From positions 45,882,225 to 45,929,013 of the forward strand of contig NC_068984.1 of assembly GCF_001194135.2 (NCBI RefSeq): DNA of 46,789 nt, read 5' to 3'. How positions within the stretch are numbered: the stretch's first letter is position 1; the number at the start of each line of letters is the position of its first letter. This stretch comes from Octopus bimaculoides (Eukaryota). This document shows, piece by piece, positions 38,521 through 46,789 of this stretch. The notes beneath the pieces are model-generated. The model was not told the origin of the DNA. It saw nothing but the letters and a program-made list of their open reading frames with translations, and ran no database searches. Made by a program: the position numbers and the translations under genes.

Positions 38521-39356
38521 AAAACAAGAACCCAATGATAGTGTTTCGGAGGAAAGCTGCTATATAACACCATTAGTAAATTAGAGTATATAATATACAC
38601 AACTTAAACATGGATTCTTACTTTTCACTCACATATACACTCACACACACATTCAGCGCTGCCTCCCGTCCTCTCAAAAAAGAAAATATATAATAAACCC
38701 CACGTATAAACTCAGAAAAAAAGTGCACAGATGCATATAAATGTTTTCCCACATGCTCATACATACACGCACAATTATACATTGAGATAAACATTCTCAC
38801 TGGTGTATTTCCATATATATGCGTCTCGCCAAGAATACATGTGAGTGAATCCAAGCATCCATAGAGATCTATGCAGAAGAACATGGTGTCCCACTTCTCA
38901 AGTTACATTTAAACATTATCACAAAGTTAAATGCTGAATTACTAATGGAAAACCTAATATATGTGAATATGTGTGCATGTCTGTCCTCGGTGTCTTACTG
39001 TGCCGGTGTTTTTGTGTTCGTGTGTGTGCGCGCGCTCGCGAGCGCGTACGTGCGTACGCTCTACTATGTGTGTGGTTAACTCCAGCAGAGTCAAGATTGC
39101 TTTCAGGTTTCTCAAATAATTGCCTGCAATCCTACTTCCTTCCCATGTTCATAATATCTAATTACTATAAACGCTACCGTAGTTGGGAGAATATGAGGTC
39201 ATTCTCAACATACGAGAGACAACGAAGAAAACGTTAAAATGCTTTGGATAATATCCTGGAAAATCTAAAATGTTCTTATTTGTTAAACGAAAAATGATGC
39301 AAACAGGTTCGAAGCATTCAAGCTATATCTTTAGAAGTACGTAATGTATTATAAAA

Positions 39357-39562
39357 GCGGTGAGCTGGCAGAAACGTTAGCACGCCGGGCGAAATTCTTA
39401 GTAGTATTTCGTCTGTCTTTACGTTCTGAGTTCAAATTCCGCCGAAGTCGACATTACCTTTCGGGGTTGATAAATTAAATGCTAGTTGCGTGCTAGGGTC
39501 GATCTAATCGACTGGCCGCCTCCACCAAAATTTCGGGCCTTACTTCTAGAGTAGAATTGAAT
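39357..39562 (+). mobile_element. SINE family B copy
   Basis: gcggtgagctggcagaaacgttagc (A-box) ... gagttcaaattcc (B-box) ... ggggttgataaattaa ... gggtcgatctaatcgact. Confidence 0.9.
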
Positions 39563-39959
39563 GTTTTTAGAAGTTTTATCTGGAAATTTTTATTTGCTGA
39601 ACATCTTTTTAAAGTATACCAAACATTCCTATTGCAAGAATTCTTGCCAAATTTAAGTTAAAATTAAAGTAAATGCTACATTTAAAGTTCAATGAAAAAA
39701 AATTTCTTATTTCTAAAACTAGAACGTAAATTTGATTACAAGATTTCCTGTCAAAATATAGTATTTATATTATTGTTCGAATTAAAATAGCAATTTATGT
39801 GTATCAAAACATTGCATTTACAAAACTCTTAGACTACAAAATATTATATTCTATAACACTGCTTTTTCAGACCTCTCCGCTCCCTAACCTCTAAAAATAA
39901 TTGTAGTTCACCTTTTGGTTTTGCTGTTCCAGGTTTGACTGAATCGTTTTGTTTTCTTG

Positions 39960-40330
39960 TAGATGTTTCACCAAATCGAGTAAATCTGAAATATTTACCA
40001 GGGAATGATATAGCTGAAGATTTCTTCCACAAGCATACATGTCAAAAAATTGGTCTTAAGTTTACCTATAATATATTAGACTCTGACGTGATGTTTTTCT
40101 GTGCTTAAAAAAATAACTCTCCTACGCAATACTTAAATCTGAAAAACGCTGACATATATTGCAATGTTCTCAATTAAAATGGTGGTGCCGTAATTTTGCA
40201 TCAAGATTTGCATCTTCTTTCTTGGGACTCCATTTGACGTGCAGCAGTATACCTTTGCTGATCTTGAGAAAGTCTCATCTCATTTCTGTCTTGAGATTCT
40301 GTTTTATTCGCATAGCTATTGTCATACTTC
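39960..40330 (-). mobile_element. Probable decayed Helitron Rep N-terminal fragment (STPR-like 23-aa repeat)
   Basis: 40329-40201 translates KYDNSYANKT-ESQDRNEMRLSQDQQRYTAARQM-ESQERR (23-aa period), followed across frameshifts by AF, IIGK...C and WK...GKYFR...FGE segments. Confidence 0.45.
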
Positions 40331-40490
40331 TAATTAATTTAATTATTTCAAAAAATTATTATGGATTCCTCTCCATGAGAAATGTTTCATTTAGGTTAGT
40401 TGAGATATGTAAGGAAAGCACGTGCATAAATCTCACTCGCTCTCATTCCCTGTATATATATATGTATATATATATATGTATAACATATTC

Positions 40491-40675
40491 GTTTCAAATT
40501 TTGACGCAAGGGGGATTACATCGACTTCAGTGTCAACCCGATACTTATTCCATCGAACCCAAAAGGATGAAAGGCAAAGTCGATCCCAGCAGATTTTGAG
40601 CTCAAAACACAAAGACAGACGAAATTTCGCTAAGCATGTTGCCCGGAATGCTAACAGTTTTGCCAGCTCGCTGCG
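40491..40675 (-). mobile_element. SINE family B copy
   Basis: aaggatgaaaggcaaagtcgatcccagcagattttgagctc...gctaacagttttgccagctcgc. Confidence 0.85.
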
Positions 40676-40758
40676 TTATACAGGTATAATATATTGATTA
40701 CTATTTTTCAACCGTCTGTTATCCAAAAATACACACACATCACACATAAATGTAGGTA

Positions 40759-40792
<34 letters not shown>

Positions 40793-43560
40793 TATATATA
40801 TATATATATTGGTGACAATTCTGTTGGAGGAATAGTTGTTACACGAGAGGATTATTATGCCACGTATGTGTATTTCGAAAGCCAGTAAATAATACGTCGT
40901 AGACTAACAAGTAGAATAGATTATCTTGGACACATAATCGTTCCATCAACTCATACTGCGAACAATACGCTTTCATTGTACGAAGGTATTCAAATCCTGT
41001 TTAAGTTAAATCATAAATAATCTCCATAGATATATACATCTTATCCACTCTCTTTGATATAGGAATGTTGCGAAGTGGGTACGGGATATGTAAATCACAT
41101 TATCACAGGTCAGCCCAATATGTCAGCGAGTTATAATTTTCCGCTGAGGCAATACATCAAAAATAAGAATATACGGCATTCATGATATACAAGATGTTAA
41201 AATTGATACAAGAATCAAATACATCAACAAATGTGTGACATATAATTTAATCTATTCTCCAAAACAATAAAATCCAACAGAAGATTGCAAGAAAGGTTTG
41301 TCAAGAATCACAGATATAAGATATATGATATGGATTCTTTATATACTAATAAAGCGATATCATATGGGTTCTTTATATAACAAGACTACGAAACAAACCA
41401 TATATAGATTTCAGTTCTGGCTGTCACACTATTATTTATTTATATCCCGGGTGGTGAAGAATGCTGCAAAATAATCACAGGATTCTAACAAGACGATCAC
41501 TGGATCATTGCATTTTTGATTGAGGAGAAAGAGAAGGGACTGAGAACAATTCGATGCAGAACACATATGGCAAGGGATCTTATTTCTGTAACACCTATCG
41601 TTCGGTTTTATAGCCGATATTTGCATACATTGTAAATATAAATACATACACAATCACAACCGAATGTGAAAGAAGGTTAACACAGGTTTACGTGTATATG
41701 CACACACATATATGTATGCAAGTTTATCTCAATATATATACATATTATATATGTATATATGTAGTCACTATGAGGATATTTAGACCTCATAGAGATATTT
41801 TTTATCCAAGATACACTGGTTTAATATATTGCATTTTGAAGTGATATTTCTTAAATGAATATATTATAAAATATTATAAAATATTAGATATTATAATTTT
41901 GTTCAAACTTAATAATATATATATATATATATATATATANNNNNNNNNNNNNNNNNNNNNNNNNNNNNNNNNNNNNNNNNNNNNNNNNNNNNNNNNNNNN
42001 NNNNNNNNNNNNNNNNNNNNNNNNNNNNNNNNNNNNNNNNNNNNNNNNNNNNNNNNNNNNNNNNNNNNNNNNNNNNNNNNNNNNNNNNNNNNNNNNNNNN
42101 NNNNNNNNNNNNNNNNNNNNNNNNNNNNNNNNNNNNNNNNNNNNNNNNNNNNNNNNNNNNNNNNNNNNNNNNNNNNNNNNNNNNNNNNNNNNNNNNNNNN
42201 NNNNNNNNNNNNNNNNNNNNNNNNNNNNNNNNNNNNNNNNNNNNNNNNNNNNNNNNNNNNNNNNNNNNNNNNNNNNNNNNNNNNNNNNNNNNNNNNNNNN
42301 NNNNNNNNNNNNNNNNNNNNNNNNNNNNNNNNNNNNNNNNNNNNNNNNNNNNNNNNNNNNNNNNNNNNNNNNNNNNNNNNNNNNNNNNNNNNNNNNNNNN
42401 NNNNNNNNNNNNNNNNNNNNNNNNNNNNNNNNNNNNNNNNNNNNNNNNNNNNNNNNNNATATATATATATATATATATATATATATACTTGAAATTTATA
42501 GAAAAACAGAAGACGAAGACAGTTGTATGAACAACAAGTAAGTGTCGAGCCTTCGCTCTTCAACGGAAGGGAGTAAGGGAAAATAAACCAACAGAGAAAG
42601 AGAAAAAAAAACGTGTGGAGTTCAGCGGTCTAACATGGCGAATAATACATATTTATATATATATAATTATAATTATAAATTTTTATTAACGATCTTGGAA
42701 AAGGCATTAGCCCCAATCTTCAAGCATATTCCTCTTTGAAATCATCAAGGGAGAGTGTGCGTTGTAGATATATATTTCTGATTATCAACAGCTGAGAGAA
42801 GACAGATATATTTGATATTTTCAATTGCATATATCTGATATGCCTGTTATTTATCTATCATAGTATTGCTTGGAATATATGTACCTGCCATATGCCTGTG
42901 ATTAAAATATGAATGCTAAAATATGGGAGAATCAGTAGTTGAACACGTATCATTTCATGTGATATTACATATATAGACACATAAATGCGTACACAGCTAC
43001 CCACAAACTTGCACCCAAACATTCCTCCACACACACAAACACACACACACACACACANNNNNNNNNNNNNNNNNNNNNNNNNNNNNNNNNNNNNNNNNNN
43101 NNNNNNNNNNNNNNNNNNNNNNNNNNNNNNNNNNNNNNNNNNNNNNNNNNNNNNNNNNNNNNNNNNNNNNNNNNNNNNNNNNNNNNNNNNNNNNNNNNNN
43201 NNNNNNNNNNNNNNNNNNNNNNNNNNNNNNNNNNNNNNNNNNNNNNNNNNNNNNNNNNNNNNNNNNNNNNNNNNNNNNNNNNNNNNNNNNNNNNNNNNNN
43301 NNNNNNNNNNNNNNNNNNNNNNNNNNNNNNNNNNNNNNNNNNNNNNNNNNNNNNNNNNNNNNNNNNNNNNNNNNNNNNNNNNNNNNNNNNNNNNNNNNNN
43401 NNNNNNNNNNNNNNNNNNNNNNNNNNNNNNNNNNNNNNNNNNNNNNNNNNNNNNNNNNNNNNNNNNNNNNNNNNNNNNNNNNNNNNNNNNNNNNNNNNNN
43501 NNNNNNNNNNNNNNNATATATGTATGTATGTATATATACATACATACATGCATACATATT

Positions 43561-43707
43561 TTGACTTCCTTATGCTTCCATCTAGCAGTTTCCACTCAAA
43601 ATGCTTTGATCGGCCCGTTGTTCTACTGGAAGACACTTTCCTGACATGCTATGTAGTAAAACTTAACCTGGAACCAGGTAGTATGGAAGCAATCCTCCTA
43701 ACACACA
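43561..43707 (-). mobile_element. SINE family A, diverged 5' half
   Basis: gctttgatcggcccg...ggaagacact...aacctggaacc...ggaagcaatcctcctaacacaca aligns with 27401-27567. Confidence 0.65.
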
Positions 43708-43791
43708 TGCGTGCGTGCACACACGCATGCACACACATTTACACACGTACACTCAAGCATATATATGTATATCTATTCCTATCTATCAACC

Positions 43792-43845
<54 letters not shown>

Positions 43846-43883
43846 NNNNNNNNNNTATATATATATATATATATATATACACC

Positions 43884-43934
<51 letters not shown>

Positions 43935-44331
43935 ATATTTATATATATGATTGCTTGTGTGTAGGTATATTTGTACCACGATGCTCTAATGAAAGACACT
44001 GACATATTCTTCAAATGTTTTCCTGTTTTTATTTCCCTGATCTTCTGAAGTGGAAGTGGTGTATATTTGTTTTAAAAGATCGATATATCTTGTCAGCGCT
44101 GTCTACTCGATAGGGTGTTCAATATCAGAACTAAATATGCAGGATGCATAATAATTGGAAACTGAAACTTGATATCGATGCTGTATTGATTAACAACTCC
44201 CTATACTTGTTCCTGTTTGACCCTTTCTGCTTTTGTAAACTGATCGACTTCATATTACCAGTTATGTTACCAATCAAAATAAAAATAATATTCCCTACAA
44301 GAATACATTTCAAAATATATCATTTGCCTAG

Positions 44332-44543
44332 GGCAGCGAACTGGCAAAATCGTTAGCACTCCGGGCAAAATGCCTAGATGCATTTCGTCCGTCTTTATGT
44401 CGTTCTAAGTTGAAATACCGTCGAGGTCGACTTTGCTTTTCATCCCTTCGGTTCGATAAAATGAGCAACAGTTAAGCACTGCGGTTGATGTAATCGGCTT
44501 ACCCGCTCCCCGAAATTCCTTGCCTTGAGCCAAAATTTGAAAG
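44332..44543 (+). mobile_element. SINE family B copy with probable TSD
   Basis: Family B head and core; flanked by atcatttgcct (44319-44329) and atcatttgtct (44552-44562). Confidence 0.85.
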
Positions 44544-44741
44544 AAAATTACATCATTTGTCTCCCTTATATATAAAACAATTATATATGATAGCTAATAT
44601 CATGTAGATAATACATGCTCACAGACAAAAGAAGGTACACATACATGTACGTTCGCACACACACACACATATTGGGGAGCGCGCACATGCACGTACGTTC
44701 AAACACATAGACAAGCCAACAATCATCTACACTTTCGTTAT

Positions 44742-44898
44742 ATCTGCAAGAAATAGCAGCTCAATCATGTTCCAATCCCTGTCTACTTTAAGTAAACGTA
44801 AAGTACACATAGATTACGTTGCCTAACTCTAGTCATATGCTATTGGATGGAAACAGCTAGCACACCTTTGATTGCCTGACATGGGTTAAACATCAACA
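44742..44898 (+). mobile_element. Repeat family E (SINE-like 3' portion)
   Basis: Homologous to the reverse complement of 16305-16476. Confidence 0.6.
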
Positions 44899-45254
44899 GG
44901 ATACGCACACACGTACACACACACACACACACACACACGAGCGCGCGCACACGCACAAACACTCACATTTGCACAATTCTAGATTGTTAGAGTTGTTTAA
45001 CACTGGATCTACATTGACTGGGTAAGGGTATGATTAAAGGAATTCTAATTGTGATTAAACCAAAAACTTCCCTTAGCCCTCACTTACAATCGAGTGTGGC
45101 CTAGTTGCTTGTAACACGCTTTTGCTAATTGTTTTATGTGCATACCTATTTACGGAAACATTTAGGCATTCCAGATGTTTCCTCTAGAGAGACATAGACA
45201 AATGCGACTGCTCAAGTGAGAGAGGGCGGCCTTAGCGCTAGGCTAGAGGCTCCT

Positions 45255-45605
45255 TTTCAGCCGAGCAGAGTGCGGCAATGTGAAGTGATCAGCTTTATAC
45301 AACGACACAACACACGGCTCGGACTCGGTCGAAGTATCGAACCCACAAGAGGGGGACAAACAAGGACAGACAAGGAGATTAAGACGATTAAATCGACCCC
45401 AGTGCGTAACTGGTACTTATAATATCGACCCCAAAATGATGAAAGGCAGAGTCGATCCCAGCAGAATTTGAGCTCAAATCAAAAAGACAGACGAAATGTC
45501 GCTAAGCATTTTGTCCAGAATGCTAACGATTCTGCCAGCTCTCCGCCTTTCGAACCCACAATATTGTAATCTTCAGACCAGCACTATAAGAACTAGGACA
45601 GCGTG
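45255..45605 (-). mobile_element. Older SINE (family D) split at its B-box by a family B insertion
   Basis: rc ggttcgatac...cgtgtgttgtgtcgttg...cacttcacattgc body at 45255-45340; degraded head continues after 45550. Confidence 0.5.
45349..45549 (-). mobile_element. SINE family B copy with alternative 3' tail and 12-bp TSD
   Basis: tcgaacccacaa at 45337-45348 and 45550-45561 flanks the copy. Confidence 0.85.
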
Positions 45606-46234
45606 AGTTGTATTTATACCGTAATTTTAAAAGTATAACTCGGATTATATGTGCCCTTTTCATTTGCAAAGGATTAAGGTATGTTTTGCGGGTACATTTG
45701 TATGTGTGTGTGAGTACATGTGCGAGTGAATATATGCCTGAATGAAGGTATGTGTGATTTTGTGTTTGTAACCTTGTGTATGTGTTTCTGTAAAAGAAGG
45801 CGAATGATATAAAATGGGAGAACTCGAAAGCAATAGAGAAGAAGGAACAAAGAATATTGTATATTTAATAACGAGTGAATTTCTCTGTTTTAGGCGGAGT
45901 CAAAAGACAAGCGGTCGTTTATGCTTGTAAGTTAAGTTTGTAAGCTAAATTTTCTGCCGCAGTTGTCTAAAACTTAGATTAGCTCTATTCCAACAAACCT
46001 ATAATAAATTATATTTTCGCCATGAGCGAAAATATTTCGCACAGTTCTGTCCACTAAGTCTTTTCTTTGTTACAGGGTAAGTTTTTTTTTTCAAATGATA
46101 TTAGGATATTAGAAACTCGAGCGATCACGTAGACGTTTCATTACTGGATCTAATCATTTTCTCAAAAGATATGCTCTCGTGGGAAAGAAATTAAGTTATG
46201 ACATTGTCTGTTTCTGTGTTTGTCTGTCTCTGTC

Positions 46235-46242
46235 TGCTAGCT

Positions 46243-46308
<66 letters not shown>

Positions 46309-46385
46309 GTCTCTCTGTCTGTCTATCTTTCTGTCTGTTTGTCTGTCTATCTGTCTGTCTGTATGTATGTATATATGTCTGTCTA
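46235..46385. repeat. (TATC)/(TGTC) microsatellite
   Basis: Directly visible. Confidence 0.95.
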
Positions 46386-46789
46386 CCTATCTTTCCATTT
46401 ATCATTTCTTCTATTATTTCCTACCTTCTTCCTAACATTCAATTTCCATCTATCCTTCCTCCTGTTTGCTTTTCTTTCTAATAATTCTTCTTTCTCAGTT
46501 TTATTTATAACTTCTTTACCTTTATACTCTTTTTCGTCCTTCGGGCCTGACAATATTCTCCTGACAAGGATTAACCTCAGCCTTCTTATTGGAATTGTCC
46601 ACGAAAAAAAAAAAAGACAAAAAAAAAAAGAAACAAACCCAGAAAAATGAAGAAAGAAAGCTCCGTTTAGGTTTGCTGCCAAACAGGATGTTTGTTCACT
46701 CTCCTCTATGGGAAGGAAGAATTAACTTCCCTTGTCAATCACAGCGCTATAATTACTGTTTACTTACCTATATGCCTATTTACATGCTA

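Noticed and set aside
37949-38584. Poly-Ile, poly-Met and poly-Asp ORFs
   Set aside because: Three frames of one (ATC)n array; no unique coding context.

Overview
AT-rich, repeat-dense animal genomic DNA with 17 N-gaps (about 6.2 kb, 13%), almost all bordered by microsatellites. The repeat families look like those of Octopus (inference from remembered consensus sequences; no search was run). No intact protein-coding gene, rRNA, true tRNA or CRISPR array can be supported, and nearly all long ORFs in the track are artefacts of N-runs or microsatellites. Supported content: several tRNA-headed SINE families (my labels A-F), the 3' end of a CR1-type LINE whose tail matches SINE A, an internally deleted MULE transposon, a probable decayed Helitron fragment, a MITE-like element and several fold-back structures. 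The most interesting signal is two different minimal type I hammerhead ribozyme motifs on the minus strand (22766-22813 and 24618-24660). Both have palindromic helix III, as in the dimer-cleaving hammerheads of Penelope-like elements and retrozymes. The second caps a ~138-nt rod-like hairpin whose substitutions are G-U compatible only on the ribozyme strand. Candidate host exons exist on both strands but cannot be told from chance without RNA data.
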